This document shows, piece after piece, positions 27,401-36,269 of a DNA stretch of 45,394 bases. This DNA comes from a virus. Taxonomy: Duplodnaviria; Caudoviricetes. The stretch is from positions 1-45,394 of the IMG/VR virus record IMGVR_UViG_3300043036_000147. One strand, written 5' to 3'. Numbering within the stretch: the stretch's first letter is position 1; each line of letters starts with the position of its first letter. A program made the translations under genes and the position numbers. Below the pieces are notes generated by a model. It made no database searches. It was given only the letters and a program-made list of their open reading frames with translations, and was not told the DNA's origin.

Positions 27401-30090
27401 GGAACGGCGCACTGGAAGTCGCAGCACGAGCCTATGAGGCCGGTGCCAGCTTGGCGAAAGCCGCAAAGGATGCCATCGCATACGTTCGCTCAAACTTCCC
27501 CAAGGCCACATTCAAGGATGCCGAGTTTGCCAGTGCAGTTGAGGCCGAATTGATAGATGGACTTGGCGCTGCCCGTCGCGCTGGCGACAAGGATGCGGCC
27601 AGAATGGCGGCTGACGACATGGACACAAATCCAGACAAGTTCTTTACCGACAATGGCAGCACTCCGGTGAAGACCTACATGGACGATGTGGACAAGACCA
27701 TGCGCAACATTGGTCGCGATGTCATGGGTGGACGCGCAGCAAAAGGCGTGTGGCAGAACGTGAAGAATTTCAATCGAAACATTCTTCGCGGCAACCAAGC
27801 TGCCTTGGACGACCTTGCCAAAGGTGGAGGCGGAACAGGACGTGCATCGCCAGCTCTGGAAAAGCTCAACACTGCAATCAACGGCACTCGCCCAGGCGAG
27901 CAAGGCAAAGGAGAGCGCGGTATCTGGGACGATACCAACACTAATTTGCGGTCCAAAAACAATGAGTTGGCCTCAGCGTATGATGGCATTTCTCCAATCC
28001 TCAACAATCTTGGGACCGTTGAGCAGGAGGCCCTATTGGCCAATCTTGTCAAGTGGCAGAAAGACACGTCATCGACCGCCAAGCTGAAAAATCAGCCAAC
28101 GATTTTGAATGCTGTGGAAACCTTGCGCAAGGTGACCAAGGATTTATACAATGACCTCAAGGCTAACGGCATTGACGTTGGAGATGCTGGACCCAACTAC
28201 TTTCAGCGCACCCTTGATGCAGACATGGTCCGTCGAAACTATGACGAGTTTGTGGATCAATTCACCAAGTTTTATGACGCCCAATGGAAACAGAATGATC
28301 CCAATTATGTCAGCGACATGGCCAAAGCTCGCGATGCTGCAAAAGCGTATGCGGACGCGGCCATCCTAGGTCACGAAGGCATCGCGCTTGATGGCAGCGA
28401 TTTGAACATGGGAGTTGCCCGTAGTGGCGATCCAGACTTCTTCAAAGCTAGAACATTTACTGGGGCCGTGTCTGACAGCATTGATCAAACCGCTGCCAAG
28501 TTTTACCATAGGAATCCATTCCAGACCCTTGCTCAGCAGATCAACCGAGTCGAACGGCGCATTGGTCTTGTGAGGGCTTTTGGCAAGATCGTCAAAGAGA
28601 ATGGCAAAGACGTCCTTGATCCAACTTTCAAGTGGCGAGAGTTCGTAGATGCAGCCGTCAAGGAGGGCAATGAGGGAATCGTCAAGGAAGTTCGCGAGCG
28701 CTACCAGATGATGTTCGGCATTGGCGGGAAGTTTGACCCAAGCACGCAGGCATTTCAACAGGCCGTGCGCAACCTGGGCTACTACTCATACCTGCCATTC
28801 TCCGGTATCAACTCCTTGACCGAGCCGACCGTCATTTCGATGCGCCTCAACAAGCCCATGTCTGGATTGTTTCAGTCATACGGCAAGGCGTTCCGCAGCA
28901 TGGCTCGGCAGATCAAAAACATGCCGCTCGACTACAAGGAGAAGCTGGCAGACAGACTTGGATTGGCTGAAAACGCAACCATGCGCATGGCTATCCATCT
29001 TGGCAAGATTGACGAACAAGGCGTCATGAGCAGCAAGGGCGTGAGCAAGTTCATGTTCCTGACCGGCAACAGCATTGTGAGCAACGCCACGTCGAATGCC
29101 TCTGTGGACATCGGCATGACCGCACTGCGCACGTCGCTGCTAGACTTCGAGTATGGCCGAGATGCCAACTCTGCACGCATGTGGCTTGAAGAGCTTGGCG
29201 TCAAGAAGGCCGACTTTGACCGCGTGAGCAAGTGGCTTGAAGGCCAAGCCAATGACGAAGCTCGGTTCAACAATGTGATGGAGAATAGCCCAGAGGCTGA
29301 GATCGTTCGCGATGCGCTGCGCAAGTTTGCGCGTGAGGCAAGATCGCTGCCTGACGCTGGCACCAAGAACCAGTATGCGTCTGGCCCAATCGGCTCCATG
29401 CTGCTCTCCCTGCAAAGCTACCTCTACGACTTCACCGACAAGGTGCTCGGTCGCAACTGGCGTCAGCTAAAGACCGGGCTGGCTGGCAAGACCACGTTCG
29501 ACGGTGACGTTGATCCGACCCAGCTCACGCCCCAAGAGCGCGTCCGACTCATGGCACCGATGATGCTCGGCATGCCCAGCTTGATCGCGGTCAATTATGG
29601 CCTCGCTTTGATGCGCGAGACGATGTATCCAGACCCAGAGAAGATTCGCCGCGACCGCGAGCGGACCACCGGTGAAATCAACTGGAACCGTTTCCAGCGT
29701 GCCCTGACGCGAAGCAACACGCTTGGTCCATACGACATGATCTACAACATGTTCACGCAGGCACGCTACGAAAAGGACGTGGCGGCGACTGCGCTGGGAC
29801 CATACATGGGTGGCGTTCTGGAGCTGGCGAAAGCTACCATCGCCCTGAACGAAGAGCGCAACAGCGCCAACACCAACACCGCCGAACGCAAAGCGGCACG
29901 AAACTTCTGGAACGTGGGACCGAAGCCGCTCATCAACATGGCGCTGTCCAGCCTCCCAGGCGGCAAGCTGGCACCAGTGGCAGCGGCAGGCATCCAGCTT
30001 GGATCGCAGCGGGCCGTCGCAGAAGGATTCGTGGACACGGTGGCCGGACCACAGAAAACCGAGAAGAATAAACCCAAGCGCACACCCTAA
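24403..30090 (+). CDS. Large internal virion / DNA-ejection protein with an embedded ParB/Srx-like segment
   Basis: 1895 aa; Gly-rich membrane-like N-terminal helices; EPVAAF...MYDGHHRLVNAIDSGAETLPV near 26210-26315; helical C-terminus. Confidence 0.75.
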   Translation: MNLSDQDLDRALLNAHTAGDRAAATAFAQERRKRQASPLGAELAASMRVPEPQGFMEDSGINAFGRAVRENIGGAAGAAAGSAAGLKGGLAFGNLLPLPPGIGAAVGGGIGAIGGGFAGAMFGGQAQQAVYPTSEDTRRILEADAQKSPVMSTAGNLLPYLATLKISPGNLGTAFTKITPQMTAAETSAIVGNRVGTALGAGLGGISEVAVPMIRGQEVSPERVLLGAAAGGLFTEPNKVGRFLGFPTSPTLRQVQAGQIAASMPTPDVAATGIPTQASPQPNPIAPGVAVNTETGMVQMSPEINVDQVIGPRAVGFPEAGVVPVDDISMFFRPPVAIDTPAPLALPENATSGMPTPPALPESSPNSMRARMGQEQAVEMQQQIERLQARRDDMVARKADPKAIKQIEKQLKAREQAMMRLEFDSTIIAPPVEQAPRSIVERNAMATPPQSRQIVPEIQPTPVPVPEPVRQVPPAEASANVIAASMAADDRLRQSPMGASALREQMAAAPQERPVDPRMAARASGEDVIGRGDRPAFMSADAIQQAKLAQESVSQSPVGAAGLRDQLSAQSEKVNTIPEDLARARANMAKGGKEAERVRDSTEPVAAFRQANGELKMYDGHHRLVNAIDSGAETLPVNIDGEGVKNIPISAFVETPPKAEPVPARAEVQPQLITPRGEVPTTATEGQPMPGGSGKARDATKPEQMTPNELKAFRKAEAVSMAQESLLRAKSGVEAPNVFTNGFKSKAAMVRSRETGLQNAMAAIPEANVYETVVNAANNQRPVLAQLVESLSDKDTVFGAGPTGEPGGTSPSLRKQLIENLSSKGYVKQGDLYVFQPAKSAEAPAARPTEVELTPSTVGVSVDKIPNAQQVTPVTSPSRQPNEILQAPAATDVSRGETVNADSAISPSLVDAPEITSLRKQLEKLDEDIISAKEDGDEYGAKGLELARRRVQDKLNEALNPQTPKSVADKIRAMKVKPGSKGQVSLPLFGLDDVTMRRAWNGALEVAARAYEAGASLAKAAKDAIAYVRSNFPKATFKDAEFASAVEAELIDGLGAARRAGDKDAARMAADDMDTNPDKFFTDNGSTPVKTYMDDVDKTMRNIGRDVMGGRAAKGVWQNVKNFNRNILRGNQAALDDLAKGGGGTGRASPALEKLNTAINGTRPGEQGKGERGIWDDTNTNLRSKNNELASAYDGISPILNNLGTVEQEALLANLVKWQKDTSSTAKLKNQPTILNAVETLRKVTKDLYNDLKANGIDVGDAGPNYFQRTLDADMVRRNYDEFVDQFTKFYDAQWKQNDPNYVSDMAKARDAAKAYADAAILGHEGIALDGSDLNMGVARSGDPDFFKARTFTGAVSDSIDQTAAKFYHRNPFQTLAQQINRVERRIGLVRAFGKIVKENGKDVLDPTFKWREFVDAAVKEGNEGIVKEVRERYQMMFGIGGKFDPSTQAFQQAVRNLGYYSYLPFSGINSLTEPTVISMRLNKPMSGLFQSYGKAFRSMARQIKNMPLDYKEKLADRLGLAENATMRMAIHLGKIDEQGVMSSKGVSKFMFLTGNSIVSNATSNASVDIGMTALRTSLLDFEYGRDANSARMWLEELGVKKADFDRVSKWLEGQANDEARFNNVMENSPEAEIVRDALRKFAREARSLPDAGTKNQYASGPIGSMLLSLQSYLYDFTDKVLGRNWRQLKTGLAGKTTFDGDVDPTQLTPQERVRLMAPMMLGMPSLIAVNYGLALMRETMYPDPEKIRRDRERTTGEINWNRFQRALTRSNTLGPYDMIYNMFTQARYEKDVAATALGPYMGGVLELAKATIALNEERNSANTNTAERKAARNFWNVGPKPLINMALSSLPGGKLAPVAAAGIQLGSQRAVAEGFVDTVAGPQKTEKNKPKRTP

Positions 30091-30098
30091 CAAGGGGC

Positions 30099-30127
30099 TT
30101 GCCAAAAACACCAGAAACGACTAAACT
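30099..30127 (+). promoter_or_regulatory. Sigma70-like promoter
   Basis: TTGCCA-N17-TAAACT, 9 nt upstream of ATG 30137. Confidence 0.55.
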
Positions 30128-30136
30128 ACCGCACCT

Positions 30137-31729
30137 ATGCCAGTCGCCGCTTTTCCCCTTGATGTCAGTTCGCCCGCAGCCCTTCACGCAGCCGTTGATT
30201 CCGCCGCGATCACGCCGTCCGATACAGCGCCAATGCGCTCCGTCAAGGCATCTGCCACTGATCGCAACGGCATCTTCCTGGAAGCGCTCAGCGTAGGCAC
30301 GGGAGGCAACGCGGTAACCCTCACCACGGTGCTCCCAGCCAACGAAAGCGCCAATATCTCGGTCGCTGTTGCCAGCAATGACACCACGGTCACGCTGGCT
30401 GCTACCGGCACCCCAGCCGTTCTTGAGGCTCAAGGCATGCGCTTTGAGTCAGTCACTCGCGGCACTGGCGGCAATAGCACCAGGGTGGCATTCGTGAACC
30501 CAGGGACCGCCAATGCCGCAGCATCCGTTTCCGTGGCTGGTTCTGACATCACGTTGAATCTGGCGACCAGCGCTGGATCGCGTGCCACCCTGGTCAATCA
30601 GGGCATGACCTATACAGCCCAGGCATTTGGCACAGGCGGCAATGCCATCAGCATTGCACTGGTGAATCCAGCCACTCCAAGCGCTGCCCTTTCTATCGGC
30701 GTTGCCGGCAATGCCATCACGGCCAATCTGGCTACCAATGCTGGCACCGCCCAGGTCGAAACGGCAACCGCCGTAGGCACCGTGACAGTTAGCGGCAATG
30801 CTGAGGTGGTCGTCACTGGCGCTGGCATCACCGGCTCACCAATCACCCTGGAGGTCCCCGTGCTCAACGGTGACACGCCAACTCTTTGGGCTGCGAAAGT
30901 TCGAGCAGCGCTTGCTGCCACCGCTGCCATCACCGCTCTTTATACCGTGGGTGGAACCGGCGCTGTCATCACCTTGACCGAGATTGTGCCGAACGGCGAC
31001 GACGGCACGCTCAACATTTCCCTCGCCACTGGCACGGCGACCGGCATCACCACTGCCGCAACCAGCGCCAACACCACTGCTGGCGTTGCTCCTGCCATCA
31101 CGACGAACCGCCAGCAGCTCTACGATGCCATCGTGGCATCCACTGCTGCATCCGCGCTGATCAGCGTGAACTTCAGCACTGGCGAAACCACCGTCCTGAC
31201 TGCGCTGACCGCAACCAATTTGTCCACAGGCGGCTCCAATCCAACCAGCATCATCACAAGCTCAGAGGCTTTGGCTCTTCTTCTTGCCAATGCCTCCGTG
31301 ACTGCTCTCGTCAAAGTCACTGACACCGACCTTTATTCTCCGCGTCATTTGACGGCATTCGCCATGACCTCGCTTTCTGGCGGAGCAGTGTCCAGCGCAT
31401 CCACGGTGCAAGCCGTGGTGAACGCGCTCAATGCAAACACCTCATTTGACGATCTTGCCATCGCATCGACTAACGTGAGCAACGGTTCGAACATCGCCCA
31501 GCCGCGAGCACTGGTCACGCTGGCAGGTGGAGTCACCGGTCAATGGGCGCTTGACTACAATTTCACCCGCGCCGTCTCCGTCAATGCTGACGGCAACTTG
31601 GCCTACCTAGATGTCAACAGCTCGACTCCGGTCGTGATGGCGGTCAAGGCTGGAGTCATGTATCCAATTGCGGTCAAAGGCATTCGCGCAACATCTACAA
31701 CTGCCACCGGTATCGTTGGCCACGTTTAA
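30137..31729 (+). CDS. Head spike base protein (RcGTA Rcc01079-like) with a large nested insertion
   Basis: Residues 1-33 (SSPA...AITPSDT) and about 472-530 (TRAVSVNADGNL...AGVMYPIAVKGIRATSTTATGIVG) together match the small spike-base family. About 440 aa of Ala/Thr-rich repeats lie between them. Confidence 0.7.
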   Translation: MPVAAFPLDVSSPAALHAAVDSAAITPSDTAPMRSVKASATDRNGIFLEALSVGTGGNAVTLTTVLPANESANISVAVASNDTTVTLAATGTPAVLEAQGMRFESVTRGTGGNSTRVAFVNPGTANAAASVSVAGSDITLNLATSAGSRATLVNQGMTYTAQAFGTGGNAISIALVNPATPSAALSIGVAGNAITANLATNAGTAQVETATAVGTVTVSGNAEVVVTGAGITGSPITLEVPVLNGDTPTLWAAKVRAALAATAAITALYTVGGTGAVITLTEIVPNGDDGTLNISLATGTATGITTAATSANTTAGVAPAITTNRQQLYDAIVASTAASALISVNFSTGETTVLTALTATNLSTGGSNPTSIITSSEALALLLANASVTALVKVTDTDLYSPRHLTAFAMTSLSGGAVSSASTVQAVVNALNANTSFDDLAIASTNVSNGSNIAQPRALVTLAGGVTGQWALDYNFTRAVSVNADGNLAYLDVNSSTPVVMAVKAGVMYPIAVKGIRATSTTATGIVGHV

Positions 31730-31735
31730 TTCGCC

Positions 31736-32599
31736 ATGATGATTGGACTCGGAATTGGGCCAAATTTCTTTCCGCCTGCCACTGGTGCTCCAGCTTTTGT
31801 GGGGGCGCTTGATGCCCTGGTCGCGCAAGGAGCGGTATTGCGTCACGCCTCTTCAGTTCGTCGGCTGCGCTCTCTTTACACTGGGCCAGCTTGTCGGCTA
31901 CGCGGTAACGGTGCCAATAATGCTGAAGCAGACATTGCCTTCCTGCCCGATGGAACACTTGATCTAGCTGCTGCCGCAGCCGTAGCCGCTGATAGCGGTG
32001 GCACACAGGCAAATTGGGTCACTGCGTATGATCAATTTCAAAATACGGATGCCACGCAGCCATCGGCAAGCAATCAAATGCAGTTTGGAACTACATTCCA
32101 AAGCCGTGGAGAAATGGGTGGTATAGCTGCCACCAATCGTTTTTTATCCTTTGATCTACAAGGCTTGAATCAACCGACTTTTTTTTCCATTGTTGGAAAT
32201 CAGGGTTCAATTCTTTTAACTAGGTTCTTACTGGGAACAGCAGCAAATTCATTAAACAGGTATGTCAGATTAAATACTTCAATTCCACAACAAAACTGGG
32301 GAACTACACTCGCTGGCACAAGCATTTCATTGGGAAAACATGTCTATGGTTTTTTGAGTAATGGCTCCAGCTCACAAATTTATATCGACGGAACCTTGAG
32401 TGCAACTGGGGATGCCGGTAATACACAGTTGGACATGACCCAAGCGCGAATTGGCGCAGGCCAATCAACCACCAACAATTGGAACGCCTCAGCAGGAAAC
32501 ACCATTTCGGAGGTAATTGTTTTTTCCAGTAACCCAACAACGCTTCCTGGGTGGCCCGCTTTCGTGGCCGCTCAGAAGACGCACTTTGGCATCCCATGA
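31736..32599 (+). CDS. Head fibre (Rcc01080-like N-terminus) with a ConA/LamG-like lectin domain
   Basis: MIGLGIG N-terminal anchor; SVRRLRSLYTGPACRLR, WVTAYDQ, IYIDG and ISEVIVF motifs. Confidence 0.7.
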   Translation: MMIGLGIGPNFFPPATGAPAFVGALDALVAQGAVLRHASSVRRLRSLYTGPACRLRGNGANNAEADIAFLPDGTLDLAAAAAVAADSGGTQANWVTAYDQFQNTDATQPSASNQMQFGTTFQSRGEMGGIAATNRFLSFDLQGLNQPTFFSIVGNQGSILLTRFLLGTAANSLNRYVRLNTSIPQQNWGTTLAGTSISLGKHVYGFLSNGSSSQIYIDGTLSATGDAGNTQLDMTQARIGAGQSTTNNWNASAGNTISEVIVFSSNPTTLPGWPAFVAAQKTHFGIP

Positions 32600-32994
32600 T
32601 TATCTACATCCCATCATCCGCAGCCGAATTACTCAGTAGCGAGATTTGGTCACTGACTCGCCCACCGCCTGTGCAAGGTGGCAATGCCACTAAGTATCTT
32701 TTCGGTTGGATTGATGACGTCGTGGGTCAGCGGTGGATTGAGGTGCATGACGACTGCTCCATTGTCATTCACTTGGACGCTGATATTGGCGGCATCGCTG
32801 ACATCCTTCAACCGTGGATCGACGCAGGTAAATTACCAGCCGACACCGGCACTCAATTGGCCACCCTGCTTGATTCCAAACGCGGTCAGCGTGTTGTCGT
32901 TTACGACGTCTTTCCGCAGCTCTTCAAGGACATGGCAAAGACGCACGAGCAACTGGTTGAAGCAGGTCTTCTGGCCGACATTGATGAGCAATAA
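32596..32994 (+). CDS. Hypothetical protein (possible fibre chaperone)
   Basis: ATGA-coupled to the head fibre gene. Confidence 0.6.
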   Translation: MIIYIPSSAAELLSSEIWSLTRPPPVQGGNATKYLFGWIDDVVGQRWIEVHDDCSIVIHLDADIGGIADILQPWIDAGKLPADTGTQLATLLDSKRGQRVVVYDVFPQLFKDMAKTHEQLVEAGLLADIDEQ

Positions 32995-32996
32995 AC

Positions 32997-33227
32997 ATGA
33001 AAGTTGACCTGACCTTATCCATCATAGCTGGGGCGGCGACTACCCTCGCCAGCGTAGGTTCCGCCATTTGGTTTGGAAGTTCCCGCTCATCTGACATTGA
33101 CCGTCTGAAGGTTGACGTTGACACGGTTATGCAATCCGACTTCGATCAGGGCAAAACATTGTCAAGGCTTGACGAGCGAACCGCTCTCATTCTGGATTCC
33201 GTCCGACGAATCGAGCAGCGCCCTTAA
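32997..33227 (+). CDS. Holin-like small membrane protein
   Basis: One N-terminal transmembrane helix plus coiled coil (LSRLDER); start of the lysis module. Confidence 0.5.
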   Translation: MKVDLTLSIIAGAATTLASVGSAIWFGSSRSSDIDRLKVDVDTVMQSDFDQGKTLSRLDERTALILDSVRRIEQRP

Positions 33228-33239
33228 TCATCAACACCC

Positions 33240-33863
33240 ATGCGCACACTCATCCTCATCATCAACGGCATCCTGACCGATCCACGCAAGGACAACGCCT
33301 GGACCGACAACGCTGAGCCGTGGTTGGAAACTATGATTGAGGGACCGATTGCCGTGTTCCGCTACGAATACAATGCCACGCCGCTTCTCCGGCGCTGGGG
33401 TCAAGCCAAGCGGGCCAAGAAGATCGCTGAGATCGTTGAGCATTACCAACGGCACGGCTATCGCATCATTCTCATTGGTCACAGCAACGGTTGCGACCTG
33501 ATCGCCCGAGTGCTCAAGACAACCCAGGTTGATCAGGTCCACCTCATCTCGCCCGCCACCGACGAGAGCGAACTGGACGTCGGCATCAAGGCTGGCAACG
33601 TGGGCCTTGTGTGCATCTACGGCAGCACCAATGACGCTGCGCTCAAATACGGCGCAAAGGCCAGCCGCGTCTTGTCGCTTGGGCTCCTAGGCTACGGATC
33701 GCTCGGCCTGCGCGGGCCAGCTTATGAAGCAGCCAACCCAGGAATCGTCATGGATTTCTCTGACAATTCCTACGGGCACAGCGACTGGATTCGCCCTGAC
33801 AAAAACCTCTACGACACGCTCAGGCTCATTGCTCGCAATGCCGGTCTGAAGGTCAAGTCGTAA
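33240..33863 (+). CDS. Alpha/beta hydrolase (esterase/lipase-like)
   Basis: INGI oxyanion segment, GHSNG nucleophile elbow, STND Asp and YGHSDW His. Confidence 0.82.
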   Translation: MRTLILIINGILTDPRKDNAWTDNAEPWLETMIEGPIAVFRYEYNATPLLRRWGQAKRAKKIAEIVEHYQRHGYRIILIGHSNGCDLIARVLKTTQVDQVHLISPATDESELDVGIKAGNVGLVCIYGSTNDAALKYGAKASRVLSLGLLGYGSLGLRGPAYEAANPGIVMDFSDNSYGHSDWIRPDKNLYDTLRLIARNAGLKVKS

Positions 33864-33931
33864 TGCTGGCCTCCAACGAGGATGCCAAAATAATTCTTGT
33901 GATAGCCATCATTTTGGCTATCCTCTTCTGA
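33863..33931 (+). CDS. 22-aa hydrophobic peptide MLASNEDAKIILVIAIILAILF (not in ORF track)
   Basis: TAATG coupling to the hydrolase stop; fills the gap before the endolysin. Confidence 0.4.
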   Translation: MLASNEDAKIILVIAIILAILF

Positions 33932-33943
33932 CCAAAATCCTAT

Positions 33944-34453
33944 ATGACCAAGTTCGCTAAAGCACTCATCAATCAGGCAAACAGGGAAATCGGAGTGAGG
34001 GAGGAAAGGCGAAACGGTGGTAAGCGAGTGGACCAATATCAAGCCGCATCCTGGTTGGAGAAAAAGCATTGGGGACCATGGTGCGCCACGTTCGTGTGCT
34101 GGGTCATTCGTGAAGTCATGAAGGAAATGGGCATGAAGGATTCCAAGACCTTCTCCAGGCCACAGACGGCGGCTGCGTTCGGCTTCGAGGAATGGTCAAT
34201 GGATCAAGGCAGCGAGACGTGGACCAAGAAGAATCCAGGCAATGACATTGCCGCTGGAGACATCGTGATCTTCAACTTCTCCCACATTGGTTTCGCCACC
34301 AGCGCTCCAAATGCCTCCGGTTTCTTCACGACCGTTGAAGGCAACACCAATCAAGCGGGATCGCGAGAAGGCGACGGCGTTTACGCCAAGCGTCGCAACA
34401 TCTCGACGGTGCGAAGTCGCATCCGCTTCCGAGAATTTCCACCGAGCGCTTAA
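33944..34453 (+). CDS. CHAP-domain endolysin
   Basis: PWCATFV (Cys), AGDIVIF, SHIGF (His) and VEGNT. Confidence 0.88.
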   Translation: MTKFAKALINQANREIGVREERRNGGKRVDQYQAASWLEKKHWGPWCATFVCWVIREVMKEMGMKDSKTFSRPQTAAAFGFEEWSMDQGSETWTKKNPGNDIAAGDIVIFNFSHIGFATSAPNASGFFTTVEGNTNQAGSREGDGVYAKRRNISTVRSRIRFREFPPSA

Positions 34454-34471
34454 TCCACACCACACCAACAC

Positions 34472-34903
34472 ATGCTACTCGAATCAAAAACCACTCACAA
34501 GAAAGCCCCTGCTGCTATCCCAGACAGCGGCTCACGCACCAACTTCGACACTGGCGCAGTGCGTGATTCATCTATCGGCAAGGGACTGCCAAGTCGTATC
34601 CCGCCGATTGCCATCATGAAGATGGCGAAGCGCTTTGAGGATGGTGCCAATAAGTATCCCGATGGACAGAGCGGTCCAAACTGGATGATCGGCATTCCGC
34701 TGTCTCGCTTCTACGACGCCATTGTGCGCCACTCTTTGCAGGCCGCAGAAGGCAACACGGACGAGGACCACATTGGCGCTGTCCTGTGGAACGCTGCGGC
34801 GTGGGCCTGGACCGAAGGCGAGATCGTGGCCGGTCGCCTGCCAATCGAATTGAACGACCTGCCATTCCACCCAAGTGGCACCGTGGCCCGTCATCGCAAG
34901 TAA
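34472..34903 (+). CDS. dATP/dGTP diphosphohydrolase domain protein (DUF5664-like)
   Basis: FDTGAVRD...GKG...GANKY...NWMIGIP...RH...EDHIGAVLWN. Confidence 0.82.
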   Translation: MLLESKTTHKKAPAAIPDSGSRTNFDTGAVRDSSIGKGLPSRIPPIAIMKMAKRFEDGANKYPDGQSGPNWMIGIPLSRFYDAIVRHSLQAAEGNTDEDHIGAVLWNAAAWAWTEGEIVAGRLPIELNDLPFHPSGTVARHRK

Positions 34904-34922
34904 TCCAGACTTCATCCGCACT

Positions 34923-35906
34923 ATGCCCAAAACCAAAGGAGAAATCGCCGCTTCCATGTTGCGCCGCTACCCGGCAGCAGACAACCGCACCATTGCCCGC
35001 GTTCTGCACGCCGAGCATGTCAATGCCTTCCCGAGCATTGAGGCTGCACGCAGTATGGTGCGCCACCTGCGAGGTGCCAACGGCAGGGTCAAATACACTC
35101 CTCAGCCCGACTTGGTCAGACCACTTGGGTGGCAAAAGGAGCGCATGCCAGAATCGCAATCCACCGCTCGCCACGAACTGCACATTACCGGAAAGCATCG
35201 CATCCTGATCATCTCCGATCTGCACGTCCCATACCACGACGCTGCCGCTGTCAAGGCTGCGCTGGACTACGGCAAGCAGCAGCGTGTGGACATCGTTTAC
35301 ATCAACGGCGACTTCGCCGACTTCTACGCCGTGAGCCGTCACGACAAAGACCCGACGCGCACGATGAAGAATGAGATCGAGCAGTGCCGCAAGATGCTTC
35401 GCCACATTCGCTCCAGGTTCCCCGATGCCCGCATCATCTTCAAGGTTGGCAATCACGAAGACCGCATGGAGCGATTCCTGGCCAAGAATGCGCCGGTTCT
35501 TCTCGGCGTTGCTGAGTTCCAAATCCCCGACATCCTCAAGCTCAACGAGCTGAACATCGAATACGTCCCAAGTCTGGGGCTGACGTTCATGGGCAGACTG
35601 CCGGTGTATCACGGGCATGAGTTGCCGCAGGGCATGAGCAGTCCAGTCAACCCAGCGCGTGGCATCTGGATGCGCGTGCAGGAGTCCATGATCTGCGGTC
35701 ACTGGCACCGGTCATCTGTCCACACCGAGAAGGTTGGCGTGCATGGCAAGGTGAAGTCCTGCTGGAGCCTTGGATGCCTCTGCAACATGACGCCAGACTA
35801 TGCGCCGGTCAATCGCTGGTCGCACGGCTTTGCCATTGTGGATACCCACGAAGACGGCAATTATGAGGTGGACAACAAGACCATTATTGAGGGGGTCGTG
35901 CGATGA
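34923..35906 (+). CDS. Calcineurin-like metallophosphoesterase
   Basis: SDLHVPYHD, NGDFAD, GNHEDR, HGH and GHWH motifs. Confidence 0.9.
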   Translation: MPKTKGEIAASMLRRYPAADNRTIARVLHAEHVNAFPSIEAARSMVRHLRGANGRVKYTPQPDLVRPLGWQKERMPESQSTARHELHITGKHRILIISDLHVPYHDAAAVKAALDYGKQQRVDIVYINGDFADFYAVSRHDKDPTRTMKNEIEQCRKMLRHIRSRFPDARIIFKVGNHEDRMERFLAKNAPVLLGVAEFQIPDILKLNELNIEYVPSLGLTFMGRLPVYHGHELPQGMSSPVNPARGIWMRVQESMICGHWHRSSVHTEKVGVHGKVKSCWSLGCLCNMTPDYAPVNRWSHGFAIVDTHEDGNYEVDNKTIIEGVVR

Positions 35907-36004
35907 TCTACGCGCCCTACATTTTGTTCTCGATCGCTGCAATCGTGTTCGTTGCGTGGTGCATGTTTGATGACGGTGGCCCGTCCGATCCAATCTATGC
36001 CTGA
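35903..36004 (+). CDS. 33-aa membrane peptide MIYAPYILFSIAAIVFVAWCMFDDGGPSDPIYA (not in ORF track)
   Basis: ATGA-coupled to the phosphoesterase and overlapping the next start. Confidence 0.45.
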   Translation: MIYAPYILFSIAAIVFVAWCMFDDGGPSDPIYA

Positions 36005-36269
36005 CAAGATCAAAGTGGTTGAACGCAAGCTTGGACAGCACCGGGCCTATGGCCTTCATTGGCCCGGTGAAATCCATATTGACACAAGGCTCAAGCCGAA
36101 GAAGCGGCTGGAGGTTGTCATCCACGAATACATGCACGAAATATGCCCTGAGTGGGACGAGAAGCATGTGACCGAACAGGCGGTCAAGATGTCAGACTTC
36201 CTGTGGACTCAGGGCTATCGCCGCCGTGTTACTGCACAGCGCCGCGCAAGTAGTCAGGGTGATGCTTAG
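35997..36269 (+). CDS. Small zincin-like metallopeptidase-domain protein
   Basis: EIHIDTRL...VVIHEYMHE HExxH motif; start re-called at ATG 35997. Confidence 0.7.
   Translation: MPDKIKVVERKLGQHRAYGLHWPGEIHIDTRLKPKKRLEVVIHEYMHEICPEWDEKHVTEQAVKMSDFLWTQGYRRRVTAQRRASSQGDA

Noticed and set aside
34472-34903. 2-aminoadenine (Z-genome) pathway
   Set aside because: No purZ, HD-family dATPase or phage DNA polymerase is visible in the complete genome.
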